A stretch of DNA of 64,000 nucleotides from an uncultured bacterium (GCA_950073265.1 CATMPJ010000001.1:11522-75521), one strand, 5' to 3'. Shown: positions 1 through 9,853, counted from the stretch's first letter. Numbers and translations are program-made. Notes: a model not told the origin generated them from the sequence alone.

Positions 1-195
1 GATCTTTCGAATCGCAGAGTTCGGCTTACGCGGGGTCTTGGTCGTCACACGAGTACACACACCACGTTTAAATGGTGAGTTGTATGAGTTTGGCTGGTTC
101 TTGATTTTGTTAAATCCAGACTCCAACGCCATCGTCTTACTCTTGCGCGCCTTGTCGGTTCGCTTCTTACGGGTTAATTGATTGATTGTTGCCAT
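1..195 (-). CDS. rpsL: 30S ribosomal protein S12, N-terminal part (gene continues beyond window start)
   Basis: Reverse-strand translation from ATG at 195 gives [65 protein letters not shown], a canonical S12 N-terminus. It is absent from the ORF track because it is truncated by the window edge. Confidence 0.8.
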   Translation of the reverse strand, partial: MATINQLTRKKRTDKARKSKTMALESGFNKIKNQPNSYNSPFKRGVCTRVTTKTPRKPNSAIRKI

Positions 196-444
196 AAATT
201 AGCTCGTGTACTGTACTACATATGACTTTTTTTGCAAGAAAAAAGCTTCCGTTGTGGAAGCTAGGTGTACGAGGGAGCAGCGTGGCGCAGCAGCTTGCAG
301 GGAACTCCCTCGTACGTTTGGGTGGCACCCCTGCAGCTAACTGTATAAGGTGCGTGAGAAGGCTTCGTCGCCTGGAGCCATCGAGAACCCCTTCCCACGC
401 ATTACCCCGGTTCTCGAGGCTAACTATCTACTTGCAATAGTACA

Positions 445-1083
445 CTACGCACCAATCAAAAGTAAAGTGAGGAACTGGGTGAGTTGATAGACCGGACCAG
501 CAAACACAAATACAAAAAGGAATATGACGAGCATGAAACCGAACCCTACGTTCCGCTCAAAGTAGGTTCGAAATCCTTCATATTTCATCGCGAGAGTGTG
601 CGGCAGCAAGCGAGGCAGAACTTTTGAACCATCAAGCGGCGGAATTGGCACTAGGTTAAAGAAAGCCAAAAAGATGTTGAGCATGATGATGCTTACTGAT
701 AAACCAACAAAGGTCTCAGAAAGATTGAGTACATCACTCATCCGAACGAGAGCAGCAAATACAAAAGCGATAGCGAAGTTGGCTGCTGGCCCAGCAAAAG
801 CCACGAAGGCTTCGCCCCACTTAGGCCACTTGGTGAAGTTATAGGGGTTGTACGGAACTGGTTTAGCAGCACCAAACAGAATTGGAGAACCAGAAAAGAT
901 TAAAAATCCCGGAATAATCACTGACATTAGCGGATCGAGGTGTACCAACGGATTACCTGAGAGCCGCCCCTGCAAACGCGCGGTCGGGTCGCCAAGGAAA
1001 TTGGCGGCGTACCCGTGTGCCATCTCGTGAATCACGACAGACATAATAAGAGCGACGATTAAAGCGATTGATGTGGGTTCCAT
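445..1083 (-). CDS. Peptidase M50 (site-2 protease family) zinc metalloprotease, polytopic membrane protein
   Basis: HExxH motif (VIHEMAHGY) in the first TM helix, multiple hydrophobic segments and a downstream LVPIPPLDG motif typical of S2P/M50. Confidence 0.8.
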   Translation of the reverse strand: MEPTSIALIVALIMSVVIHEMAHGYAANFLGDPTARLQGRLSGNPLVHLDPLMSVIIPGFLIFSGSPILFGAAKPVPYNPYNFTKWPKWGEAFVAFAGPAANFAIAFVFAALVRMSDVLNLSETFVGLSVSIIMLNIFLAFFNLVPIPPLDGSKVLPRLLPHTLAMKYEGFRTYFERNVGFGFMLVIFLFVFVFAGPVYQLTQFLTLLLIGA

Positions 1084-1185
1084 ATGGGCCTTATATTAAC
1101 GCACTTATAGTATGTATAAAAGGCTTCGATTCACTTGCAAATTTAAAGCCCCGTGGTAGGATATCGCCACTAAATACTTTTATTT

Positions 1186-1428
1186 ATGGCAAAGCAATGC
1201 GACATCACTGGGAAGAAAACCCAAATCGGAGGCAAATACAGCAACCGCACTCGTGCGACGCAGTTTAACCCATCTGGAAAAACCAAGCGTGCACCGAACC
1301 TCCAAAAGAAAAAAATCTACGTACCAGAGATTGATAAGACCGTTTCAATCAACGTTTCAACCAAGGGACTACGTACTATCGCTAAAAACGGTGCGTACAA
1401 AACTCTCAAGGATGCGAAGTTGATCTAA
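1186..1428 (+). CDS. rpmB: 50S ribosomal protein L28
   Basis: 80 aa, MAKQCDITGKKTQIGGKYSNRTRATQFNPSGKTKRAPNLQKK matches the L28 family consensus. Followed by a terminator. Confidence 0.85.
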   Translation: MAKQCDITGKKTQIGGKYSNRTRATQFNPSGKTKRAPNLQKKKIYVPEIDKTVSINVSTKGLRTIAKNGAYKTLKDAKLI

Positions 1429-1435
1429 GCACAAT

Positions 1436-1475
1436 AAAAAAGCGGCGGGGCCAAAGGCCCCGCCGCTTTTTTATT
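1436..1475. terminator. Bidirectional rho-independent terminator (GC-hairpin family copy 1)
   Basis: aaaaagcggcggggcc-aaa-ggccccgccgctttttt between convergent rpmB and the MBL-fold gene. Confidence 0.8.
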
Positions 1476-2331
1476 CGCGCCAGATAGTTTGCCCATCAGA
1501 ATAGAATGTGACTGTGCCATCAGTGCCGGTATGGCTCGTTTGAATATTGCGAGCAAACACCCTTTGCATCACTTCTTGATGTGGATGACCATAGCGGTTA
1601 TCAAGTCCAGCTGAAACAACGGCGAAGCGCGGCGCGACTGCGTCGAGCCACGCTTCGCTGGTTGAAGTCTTGCTACCATGATGGCCGAGTTTCAAAACGT
1701 CACCCTTAAGCTGTGTACCGTACAGCTCCACCAAGTGATTTTCTATTTCCGCTGGCAGATCACCCGTAAGCATAATTGCTGTGTCACCATAAACGATACG
1801 CATAGCAATTGAGGCGTTATTGCTCTCCCAATTCGTCTCATCTCCAGTTGGTGACAATATCTGCAAGTAGACATGTGCGCCGAGTTCAATTACCTGACCT
1901 GCTTCAGCTAAAAAATGTGTACTCTTTTCTGTTTTGACCGCGGCGGCCAAGGCCGTCGCCGAAGGTGTATTATTCACGTTTGTCGTTTCTAAGAATGTAC
2001 CGACCTCATACCGATCAAAGACGTCAGGTAAACCACCAATGTGATCTTGATCAGGATGCGTCGCGACCACGAGATCAATATATCTATCTCGCCATCCCAT
2101 CTCCGCACCAAGTTCACGCAGCACCCCACTATCTACGCCGGCATCAACCAGCATGTCGTAGCCATCAGGTGTCTCTATATAGATCGCGTCACCTTGTCCG
2201 ACATCTAAAAAAGAAATCCGTAAACACGCACATTGTGTCGACGCAGCACTAGGCCACCACACGAAAGCTGTTACTAAGAACAAGCCTCCCACAATAAGTA
2301 TACGAACATTTTCACGGTCCATTTTCTCCAT
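1471..2331 (-). CDS. MBL-fold metallo-hydrolase, ComEC C-terminal (lactamase_B) domain-like, with N-terminal TM segment
   Basis: DVGQGDAIYIETPDGYDMLVDAG, HPDQDHIGG and GHHGS motifs of the ComEC-type beta-lactamase-fold domain. Encoded separately from the ComEC membrane domain. Confidence 0.7.
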   Translation of the reverse strand: MEKMDRENVRILIVGGLFLVTAFVWWPSAASTQCACLRISFLDVGQGDAIYIETPDGYDMLVDAGVDSGVLRELGAEMGWRDRYIDLVVATHPDQDHIGGLPDVFDRYEVGTFLETTNVNNTPSATALAAAVKTEKSTHFLAEAGQVIELGAHVYLQILSPTGDETNWESNNASIAMRIVYGDTAIMLTGDLPAEIENHLVELYGTQLKGDVLKLGHHGSKTSTSEAWLDAVAPRFAVVSAGLDNRYGHPHQEVMQRVFARNIQTSHTGTDGTVTFYSDGQTIWRE

Positions 2332-2370
2332 GATACAATGCCTTTACTAGCATATAGATAACAAAACACT

Positions 2371-2952
2371 ATGACCTACGAAGCAAAAACCTTTGATATC
2401 CCTGCAACACCTGGTATCTCAAAAGAAACCATGGATAACCATATTGGTTTGTATCAGGGCTATGTAAAACATGTAAACCTTATTCGGGAGGCTATTGCCA
2501 CTGAACGCGATAACGGCGATGCTGCTGATAATTATGCTCTAGCGGAAATGCAGCGGCGATTAGGGTTCGAATTTGGTGGTATGAAGAACCATGAGTACTA
2601 CTTCACGCAATTTGAAGGTGGTGCAAAACAACTACCAGATGGAAAGCTGAAAGAATTGATTGAAAAACAATGGGGTTCAGTAGAAAATTGGTTGGAACGC
2701 TTCAAACAAATTGCTAAAACTCGCGGTGTCGGCTGGGCAATGTTGTACCACGATAAAGAAACAAATCAGCTCGTGCAAACATGGGTGGACGAACAGCAGC
2801 TTGGGCAATTAGCTGATGTAGACATTGTACTTGCGCTCGATATGTGGGAGCACTCATACATGCATGATTATCTCTCAAGTGAGAAAGGAAAATACATTGA
2901 TGCATTCTTTGACTGTCTTAACTGGGAAGTCATAGCGTCACGCTTAAACTAG
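2371..2952 (+). CDS. sodA: Fe/Mn superoxide dismutase
   Basis: 193 aa with the DMWEHSYMHDY signature and an N-terminal metal-ligand His context. Confidence 0.9.
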   Translation: MTYEAKTFDIPATPGISKETMDNHIGLYQGYVKHVNLIREAIATERDNGDAADNYALAEMQRRLGFEFGGMKNHEYYFTQFEGGAKQLPDGKLKELIEKQWGSVENWLERFKQIAKTRGVGWAMLYHDKETNQLVQTWVDEQQLGQLADVDIVLALDMWEHSYMHDYLSSEKGKYIDAFFDCLNWEVIASRLN

Positions 2953-4502
2953 CGAAAAAAGACAGGTGTATCTGATTGCGGAGCGACCCTTTGGGTCGCT
3001 CCGCTTTCTTTGAGCAACGTAATTTCGTCTACAACTTCCCAGTCACTAACTGATACGTTCTTTAGACGAGACTGGAAGAACCAATACGCGCTACCCATTA
3101 CCGCATACAAAACTAGTATCCAATACGCCGAAAATGCTGGCACCGTGACCGTGGCAAATGGCAACGCAGCAAACCAAGTGGCTATGATGATAATGAAACT
3201 AAGTAGCAAACTCGTCACTAATCCGAACGGTAAGGCAATAGTGGGAGACAATAATGCGATTGTGCCGGCTATAAAGGCACTAAACATCGCAAACGGCACA
3301 ACTGGGAGCACCAGTACATTTACAACAATAGCTACAACCGATACCTCACCAATGTGGTACAGCAAAAGGGGCAAAACTGCGATCTGGGTCGCAACCGTCG
3401 CCGAGAAAAATTCTTTTACGCCAAACCAAGAACCTTCGGCCAAGGCTGTTTCTAGTCTCGGAGCGATTAATAACAACCCAAGGGTGGCCATAAATGAAAG
3501 CTGGAATCCAATATCATAAAGAAGTAGATATGGATTGATCATAAGCATGATAAACCCAGCAAAAAACAAGGCGCGCATGACATCGTAGGTTCGGGACAAT
3601 GTTCCAGCGAGCAACACGAGTCCGGCCATGATGGTGGCACGAACCACCGTAGCTGAAAGACCGACAATCAAAGCGAAGGCGACGATTGCTAATAAGCCTA
3701 ACCCGAGTTGCCACCAGCGCGGCAATGACTTCATAAAAAATCGAAAGAACGCTACGACTAACATCACATTGTATCCAGATAAGACAACGATATGGATGAT
3801 TCCAGATTGGCGAAATGTAGTTTCAAGTGTGTCGCCCAACGCTTGCTTTACCCCAAGCAACAACCCTTCAGCCAGACCGGCTTGGGGTTCTGTTATGACA
3901 GATTCGATTCCCTCCATGAGGGTGTGTTTTACGCGGAGTAATATGGTAATGAGATAATTACCATCACCACTACTTAAAACAACACTCTCCGGATAACGCA
4001 GTACGTGTGTAACGCCGCGCGCTTCCAAGTACGCTCCATAGTCAAACGTTCGACCAAGATCGGTTTCAAATGATTTGGGCTTTTCAATTTCGCCGGAGAG
4101 CAGTAATTCATCACCATAAGAGATTTGCAAATGTCTATCCACGATAACTAAGACGATTTCATCGCCGGTCTTTACATACAAATGAGCGCTCCGTTCGCGC
4201 ACATCTGCCTCGCGTACGACCGTACCAGAAAACATGACTTCGGAACCTATCTGATTATCAAACACTGATTGTTCGAACTGATCTTTGTGTATTTCTGTAC
4301 GAAGGACACCGACAGTGAGCATAGGGAGTGCTAACGCGATAAGCGTTAGGTGGCATGCCGGCCTGACTGCGTCATGCCGGCGCGCCACCACAACCATTAC
4401 TCCTGCCAACAAAGCGAAGAAATACATAACAGAAAGTGAAACACTTTGCACCGTGGCAATACCTACCCCGATCGCAAATGCACTGACTGCAATGTAGAAC
4501 AT
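2949..4502 (-). CDS. comEC: ComEC/Rec2 family DNA internalisation channel (DUF4131 + competence membrane domain, no MBL domain)
   Basis: 517 aa polytopic membrane protein with ComEC-type architecture. Overlaps the sodA stop by 4 nt on the opposite strand. Confidence 0.75.
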   Translation of the reverse strand: MFYIAVSAFAIGVGIATVQSVSLSVMYFFALLAGVMVVVARRHDAVRPACHLTLIALALPMLTVGVLRTEIHKDQFEQSVFDNQIGSEVMFSGTVVREADVRERSAHLYVKTGDEIVLVIVDRHLQISYGDELLLSGEIEKPKSFETDLGRTFDYGAYLEARGVTHVLRYPESVVLSSGDGNYLITILLRVKHTLMEGIESVITEPQAGLAEGLLLGVKQALGDTLETTFRQSGIIHIVVLSGYNVMLVVAFFRFFMKSLPRWWQLGLGLLAIVAFALIVGLSATVVRATIMAGLVLLAGTLSRTYDVMRALFFAGFIMLMINPYLLLYDIGFQLSFMATLGLLLIAPRLETALAEGSWFGVKEFFSATVATQIAVLPLLLYHIGEVSVVAIVVNVLVLPVVPFAMFSAFIAGTIALLSPTIALPFGLVTSLLLSFIIIIATWFAALPFATVTVPAFSAYWILVLYAVMGSAYWFFQSRLKNVSVSDWEVVDEITLLKESGATQRVAPQSDTPVFFR

Positions 4503-4526
4503 TGTCTTTAGTATACAAAAATTTGA

Positions 4527-4554
4527 AAGGCCGGGTCGCTTTAAGCGCCCGGCC
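4527..4554. terminator. Hairpin terminator downstream of the small gene 4577..4804 on the minus strand
   Basis: aggccgggtcgctttaagcgcccggcct followed by a T-rich tract on the minus strand. Confidence 0.5.
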
Positions 4555-4576
4555 TTTAAAATAAATGGGGGAGTTG

Positions 4577-4804
4577 CTACGCAGCGACTCGTTCGTGCTG
4601 CGCTTGTATGGAAGCTGCTTCTCGCGCCGCGATTTCATCCTTGTAGAGGAGTTTCAGCTTTTTCAGCTTCTGGATCTCGAATTCATCAGGCAACTCACGA
4701 GCCTGCTGTGCTTCGATTTCCGAATCGAACTTCGAACGACAACTCGTGAGCTGTGCGAGTGACATTCGAGCAGTTTTATGAGGTTTTCTTTTGCAACGAG
4801 ACAC
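4577..4804 (-). CDS. Hypothetical small basic coiled-coil protein (alternative ATG start at 4765)
   Basis: ORF with a hairpin terminator immediately after the stop. The start at 4804 is GTG; no recognisable family. Confidence 0.3.
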   Translation of the reverse strand: MSRCKRKPHKTARMSLAQLTSCRSKFDSEIEAQQARELPDEFEIQKLKKLKLLYKDEIAAREAASIQAQHERVAA

Positions 4805-5142
4805 TAATGCTTCTCCCTTTTCCTCGTTCCCCCATTGGTTCGAGGTCTAATGACAGAGAGTACCAGAGTCGAATGATTCGTCAACTGGCTTTGGTTAATT
4901 GGCGAGTGCCTTGTTGTTGCTGCTCCATGCGTCGCCAGGTAATCACCGGCTGTGACTCTTGGTGCTGTATTTCCATGCGACCAGGTGGTGTCGCCTGATT
5001 TGCAATGCTGGTCATGATTTCGACCCCTCTTTGGTAACTATTCCGAGGGTAGTTGACGAACGGTATTTCATTTTCTTACTTGCTTTCAAGGAGCAAAAAA
5101 GGCCAGTTGAGGGACTGGCCTTTAATGAAGCTAGGCGTATAC

Positions 5143-5295
5143 CTAGCGAAAAGTGCACCCGCTGTCTCCAGAGCCCTGGGAATACGGATGATTGGCAGAT
5201 TGAGACGCTTCGGTCTCTACGTCCGGTTTTTGAAGCGGAAGTTCGTACTGAACTTCCTCTCTGGGTTTTTCAAAAGGTACTGGTTCTTGCGACAT
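5143..5295 (-). CDS. Hypothetical small protein (50 aa) MSQEPVPFEKPREEVQYELPLQKPDVETEASQSANHPYSQGSGDSGCTFR
   Basis: Below the ORF-track cutoff. Preceded by aaaGGAGatcgtgATG (good SD) and followed on the minus strand by hairpin aaaggccagtccctcaactggcctttttt (5098..5126). Confidence 0.25.
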   Translation of the reverse strand: MSQEPVPFEKPREEVQYELPLQKPDVETEASQSANHPYSQGSGDSGCTFR

Positions 5296-5359
5296 CACGA
5301 TCTCCTTTGTTGGTGATCATAGTTTCACTATACCAGTTACACTCTTTCCACTGAATGAG

Positions 5360-5776
5360 TTATGCATCAAGTGCTTCATTCACCAAACGATCAGCCTCTT
5401 TGTTGAATTCACGACGCACGTGGGTTAACACCAGATTGGGAAACGAAGCCACTCGTAAATTGTGGATCTCAATAAAAAGCGGTACCAGGCCAGCTTCTTT
5501 GATTTGATACTCGCCGTTGAGTTGTTTTTTCACTAATTCACTGTCTAGTTTTAGTTCAACTTGTAGTTCTTTAGTCTTTTTACCGTATACGTCTTTAGCT
5601 GTCTGCAATCCACGAATCACCGCCATATATTCAGCGTAGTTGTTCGTGGCATTGCCGATAGTCTCAGAGACTTCACGCACCACCTTCCCGGCTGCATCAA
5701 CAATTTGCGCTCCGACTGCTGCTGGTCCTGGATTCCCCCGTGAACCACCGTCACTAAAAATAGTTATCTGCTCCAT
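5360..5776 (-). CDS. rnhA: Ribonuclease HI
   Basis: FSDGGSRGNPGPAAVG RNase H motif. The first ATG is at 5776; the ORF-track start at 5794 is a TTG that overlaps the recJ stop. Confidence 0.8.
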   Translation of the reverse strand: MEQITIFSDGGSRGNPGPAAVGAQIVDAAGKVVREVSETIGNATNNYAEYMAVIRGLQTAKDVYGKKTKELQVELKLDSELVKKQLNGEYQIKEAGLVPLFIEIHNLRVASFPNLVLTHVRREFNKEADRLVNEALDA

Positions 5777-5790
5777 ATCTGCATAGCCTA

Positions 5791-7473
5791 TCAAATAATA
5801 TCGACAATACGAAGCCGCAACTGTCGTCGGCCCATGAAAAATGATTGCTCCGCATGCGCGATTAACGTGTGTGGAGTATCTTCAGATGGTCGTACTTTGA
5901 AGGTGTCTGGATTTGAGAAAAAAGCAATTGCTTCCAACTGACCATTTTTGGTCTCATACAACAACTTCAAGTGTTCTTTTGTTTTACCAAATTGCTCCAC
6001 CTTACGTGGCTGCACAGAAGTAAAAGCAAATAAGGGTTTTGGGTTACCGACGCCAAACGGTGCAACTACCGCGACTTCACGGATAAGTCGCTCATGTACA
6101 TCTTCAAGGCGCAGTGTTTCATCAATAATAAATTCCTCGTCAAAAACTGCTTCCGCACCCAACTCGTTAAACGCATCATTGAGTGCCTCACCGAACGTAA
6201 ATATATAATCGTCTTTAATAGAGAAACCACCGGAAAAATGATGTCCGCCGTGTTCAATAAAAACTTCTGCAGCACTTTCCATTAACTTCACCACACTGAC
6301 ACCACCGCCAGAACGACAGGAACCCTTATACACCCCATTCCCATCTTTCCCCCAAAGAAATACGGGTCGGTTATGCTCTTCAGCTAATTTATTCGCTGTT
6401 AACCCGACTAGTGATGGTCGCCAGTCAGGATTACCGAGCACAATGACATCTGGAATCTCTTCAATTCCTTCCATTCTCTTATGCAATTCACGCGTCATAA
6501 CTGCGACCATACTTTTGCGTTCGGTGTTAAGTTTCTCTAGGTGATCAACCCTGGCTCCGGCATCAACTTCATCAGTGGTCCTAAGTAGCGAAAAAGCATC
6601 TTCGGGAGTGTCCATGCGTGATGCGGCGTTAATCCGTGGACCGATAGTAAACCCAATGTCTTCCTCAGTTATAAAACTTTGGTTAACTCGATTTTTCTTG
6701 AGTAGCTGTTGTAAGCCCGGGCGTCTTGATTTGCGCAAGACCGTAAGTCCATAGTGTGCCAACACTCGGTTTTCTCCAGTGAGCGGCACCATGTCGGCAA
6801 TCGTCGCAATACCGACCATATCTAAAAGCCACTTCTCTTGACCCGGAGTCCATGTGTGCTCTGTTTCCTCTAACAGTACTTGAACTAGTTTAAAAACTAC
6901 CGCAGCGCCACACAGCTCTGTAAAGGGATACGAGCCCAACTTCGGATTAACAATGGCTATCGCCGGCGGCAATGTCTCTGGTGGCTCATGATGATCCGTA
7001 ACAATTACATCTATATTTTTCTCTTTGGCGTATGTGATCGCTTCACCATCTGAAGTGCCACAATCAATGGTGATAATGAGTTGTACGCCTTCCTTTTTCA
7101 TTTTATCGACCGCGGCCGTACTTAAACCGAAGCCTTCGTAATGACGGTGTGGAATATAGTTAATAAAATTACTGTACGGTACCGCTTTAAAATAATCATG
7201 TAAAACAACAGCACCAGGTATCCCATCGCAATCGTAATCACTAAAGATGGCGATTTTCTCCTCACGCTCCATGGCTTCTTTTATTCTCATTACTGCTTTG
7301 TCTACATCATGGAGTAAGCGCGGATTGTGTAGACCGTTCTCGTAATCAGGATGTAAAAAGTCTGGCGCATCGTTGGCGGTTACGCCACGATTATCTAGCA
7401 GCCTATTTATGAGTGGAGATAAATGGGGTGCGACAGTGGTTGGTTCTCGGTCAGGGAAAGTGTAGATAGCCAT
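5791..7473 (-). CDS. recJ: Single-stranded-DNA-specific exonuclease RecJ (DHH/DHHA1)
   Basis: DHH motifs: IFSDYDCDGIPGAVV, VTDHHEPP, and GGHHFSGGFS in DHHA1. Confidence 0.85.
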   Translation of the reverse strand: MAIYTFPDREPTTVAPHLSPLINRLLDNRGVTANDAPDFLHPDYENGLHNPRLLHDVDKAVMRIKEAMEREEKIAIFSDYDCDGIPGAVVLHDYFKAVPYSNFINYIPHRHYEGFGLSTAAVDKMKKEGVQLIITIDCGTSDGEAITYAKEKNIDVIVTDHHEPPETLPPAIAIVNPKLGSYPFTELCGAAVVFKLVQVLLEETEHTWTPGQEKWLLDMVGIATIADMVPLTGENRVLAHYGLTVLRKSRRPGLQQLLKKNRVNQSFITEEDIGFTIGPRINAASRMDTPEDAFSLLRTTDEVDAGARVDHLEKLNTERKSMVAVMTRELHKRMEGIEEIPDVIVLGNPDWRPSLVGLTANKLAEEHNRPVFLWGKDGNGVYKGSCRSGGGVSVVKLMESAAEVFIEHGGHHFSGGFSIKDDYIFTFGEALNDAFNELGAEAVFDEEFIIDETLRLEDVHERLIREVAVVAPFGVGNPKPLFAFTSVQPRKVEQFGKTKEHLKLLYETKNGQLEAIAFFSNPDTFKVRPSEDTPHTLIAHAEQSFFMGRRQLRLRIVDII

Positions 7474-7523
7474 AGGATATGTTGAATGGTAGCATGTACG
7501 AACTTAATCAATAACTGGGCAGT

Positions 7524-7922
7524 ATGGCATCTATATTCTCTAAAATAATCAATCGAGAAATCCCTGGTCACTTTATCTATGAAGACGATCAGTGTGCGGT
7601 GATTTTAGATAAATATCCTGCCGTACCCGGTCAGTGTCTAGTTATCTTAAAACGCGAAGTTGATTACATTTTTGACCTCACCGAAGCAGAATATCAACAT
7701 CTATTTGCTACCGTTAAAAAAGTTGCTCATGCATTAGATACCACTTTCAATACCGAACGCACTTGTGTAGTGGTTGAGGGTTTTGAGGTCCCGCACGTAC
7801 ACATCAAACTGTATCCGATGGCAAATAAAAACGAAAACCTGGGTGATGTCATAACTCGAGTCGAAGAAGCTACCGATGCGGTACTGACGGCTCTCACTGA
7901 GAAGATAAAACAGCACTTATAG
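7524..7922 (+). CDS. HIT family (histidine triad) hydrolase
   Basis: HVHIKLYP histidine-triad motif, 132 aa. Confidence 0.85.
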   Translation: MASIFSKIINREIPGHFIYEDDQCAVILDKYPAVPGQCLVILKREVDYIFDLTEAEYQHLFATVKKVAHALDTTFNTERTCVVVEGFEVPHVHIKLYPMANKNENLGDVITRVEEATDAVLTALTEKIKQHL

Positions 7923-7928
7923 ATGATA

Positions 7929-7957
7929 AGTAAAGAGCAGTCCCTACGGGACTGCTC
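7929..7957. terminator. Bidirectional terminator between HIT gene and pgk
   Basis: aagagcagtccctacgggactgctcttt hairpin with flanking T/A runs. Confidence 0.7.
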
Positions 7958-7958
7958 T

Positions 7959-9074
7959 TTATTTAAGTAAATCAAGCTGTGGTGTAGATCCGTATTCCAA
8001 GTACTCGAGCATAGCGCCGCCCCCCGTTGATACAAAACCGAGCCGATTGTGCACCTCTAGCTTTTCAATAGCTGCCACCGTATCGCCGCCGCCGACAACT
8101 GAAAAGGCACTAGCATCAGCCAAGGCTGTAACTGTTGCTTCGGTGGAGGCTGTATAGCCGGCTTCGTAGTTACCAAACGGACCATTCCACAACACAGTCT
8201 TAGCCCCAGCTATGAGTTTTTTTAGCATTTCAACGGTTTGCGGACCGGCGTCAAATATTTTTTCAGTCGGCCGCACATCATCGGGCGTAGTGGTTCTTTT
8301 TCCATTAGGACCTTCCACGATTACATCTAGAGGAACTAACAGCTTCTCATCTGTTAAAAAAGTGGCGGCAGTGATTGGTTCAGCTGACACCATTGACTCG
8401 CCGACCTCAAACCCTTTAGCTTTAAAAATATCATTTGCTAGCGCACCCCCGACAAATACTTTGTCATACGTATGCAGGTACTTTTCTATTAATGGCATTT
8501 TGGTTTCAAACTTGGCACCCCCCAGCATAAGTAAGGCTGGGTGCTCTGGTTTCATAACTTTTTGGAGTTGCGCAATTTCTTCACTAACGTTTAGGCCGAC
8601 ATAGGCCGGCAGTATTTTTGCCAAAGCGTTCATTGAAGCATGAGACCGATGTACGTTAGCAAACGCATCGTTTACATACACATCACCATAGAATGCGATC
8701 GATTTAGCAAACGCAAAATCATTGGTTTTTTCTCGATCGTCCTGACGTAAATTTTCAGCGAGCAAGAAATCTCCATTGCCCATCAACTCTACACGCGACG
8801 CAAATTGCTGACCACCAATAACGCCTCCCCAGTGAATGGGAATATATTTTTCAAGTTCTTCATACACTGGTTTAAGTGTTTCATTCTTTTCACGGCCAAT
8901 GTGCGCAATGATGATAGTTTTGGCGCCCATCTCATGGAGATAGCGTAGAGTCGGTAAAGCGCGCATAATCCTATAATTGTTACGCACTACACCGTCCTGC
9001 ACCGGCACATTAAGCGAAGCGCGTAAAATAACACGTTTGCCTTTTAGATCACCAGCTTCAGTAATTTTTCTCAT
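7959..9074 (-). CDS. pgk: Phosphoglycerate kinase
   Basis: 371 aa, N-terminal KRVILRASLNVPV and a conserved hinge/C-domain. Confidence 0.95.
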   Translation of the reverse strand: MRKITEAGDLKGKRVILRASLNVPVQDGVVRNNYRIMRALPTLRYLHEMGAKTIIIAHIGREKNETLKPVYEELEKYIPIHWGGVIGGQQFASRVELMGNGDFLLAENLRQDDREKTNDFAFAKSIAFYGDVYVNDAFANVHRSHASMNALAKILPAYVGLNVSEEIAQLQKVMKPEHPALLMLGGAKFETKMPLIEKYLHTYDKVFVGGALANDIFKAKGFEVGESMVSAEPITAATFLTDEKLLVPLDVIVEGPNGKRTTTPDDVRPTEKIFDAGPQTVEMLKKLIAGAKTVLWNGPFGNYEAGYTASTEATVTALADASAFSVVGGGDTVAAIEKLEVHNRLGFVSTGGGAMLEYLEYGSTPQLDLLK

Positions 9075-9078
9075 CTTC

Positions 9079-9831
9079 TTATTCAGTTGCTTTCACAATT
9101 GCGGCAAAATCTGTTGCGTTAAGGCTTGCTCCACCGACCAAAAAACCACCCATACCACCATCTGCATGCAGCACTTTTGCGTTGTGCGGCTTCACCGAAC
9201 CTCCATATAACAGCTTTACTGAATTAGCAACTTTCCTATCAAACACTTTAGTAAGGACGCTATAGATAAACAATTGCATTTCTTTTACATCCTCGACCGT
9301 TGCTGTTTTCCCCGTGCCAATGGCCCAGATTGGTTCATACGCTATGACAATCTTTTTTATATCAGTTGTGCCAAAGACAGCGGTCAGAGCTTTGATTTGC
9401 TTAGCGACAGTTGTATAAAAATCTCCCTTAGCGTCACGTTCTTTTTCACCAACACAAACTACCGGTGTTAGTTTATTTTTCAATGCTTGCGTCACCTTCT
9501 GCACAACATCAGAATCAGTCTCGCCCCTAGCGCGTCGTTCCGAGTGACCAATAATGACATAGGAGATTTTGAGATCGCGCAATTGTGACGCCGCTATTTC
9601 GCCTGTAAATGCACCAAGCGGCTCGGTTGAAACATCTTGTGCAGCGAGCAGAATCTTGCTGCGTGATATTTTTTTTGACACGTCACTCAGGTACACAAAT
9701 GGTGGCGCGATTGCGATAGATGCATTTGTACCTCGACAGGCTTTGATCGTAGCTTGCGCCAATGTAACTGCAGCTTTCTGGCTGACTGGATTGAGCTTCC
9801 AATTTCCAATTATTAACGGCGCTTTTTTCAT
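9079..9831 (-). CDS. tpiA: Triosephosphate isomerase
   Basis: MKKAPLIIGNWKLNP... VIIGHSERR. I chose the ATG at 9831; the ORF-track extension to 9900 adds a non-conserved N-terminus. Confidence 0.9.
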   Translation of the reverse strand: MKKAPLIIGNWKLNPVSQKAAVTLAQATIKACRGTNASIAIAPPFVYLSDVSKKISRSKILLAAQDVSTEPLGAFTGEIAASQLRDLKISYVIIGHSERRARGETDSDVVQKVTQALKNKLTPVVCVGEKERDAKGDFYTTVAKQIKALTAVFGTTDIKKIVIAYEPIWAIGTGKTATVEDVKEMQLFIYSVLTKVFDRKVANSVKLLYGGSVKPHNAKVLHADGGMGGFLVGGASLNATDFAAIVKATE

Positions 9832-9853
9832 GCCATCATTGTACCATCCACGT

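Noticed and set aside
222-440. 72-aa plus-strand ORF upstream of rpsL
   Set aside because: The composition is Arg/Leu-rich and junk-like, and the region is better explained as the structured rpsL leader / M50 3' region on the minus strand.
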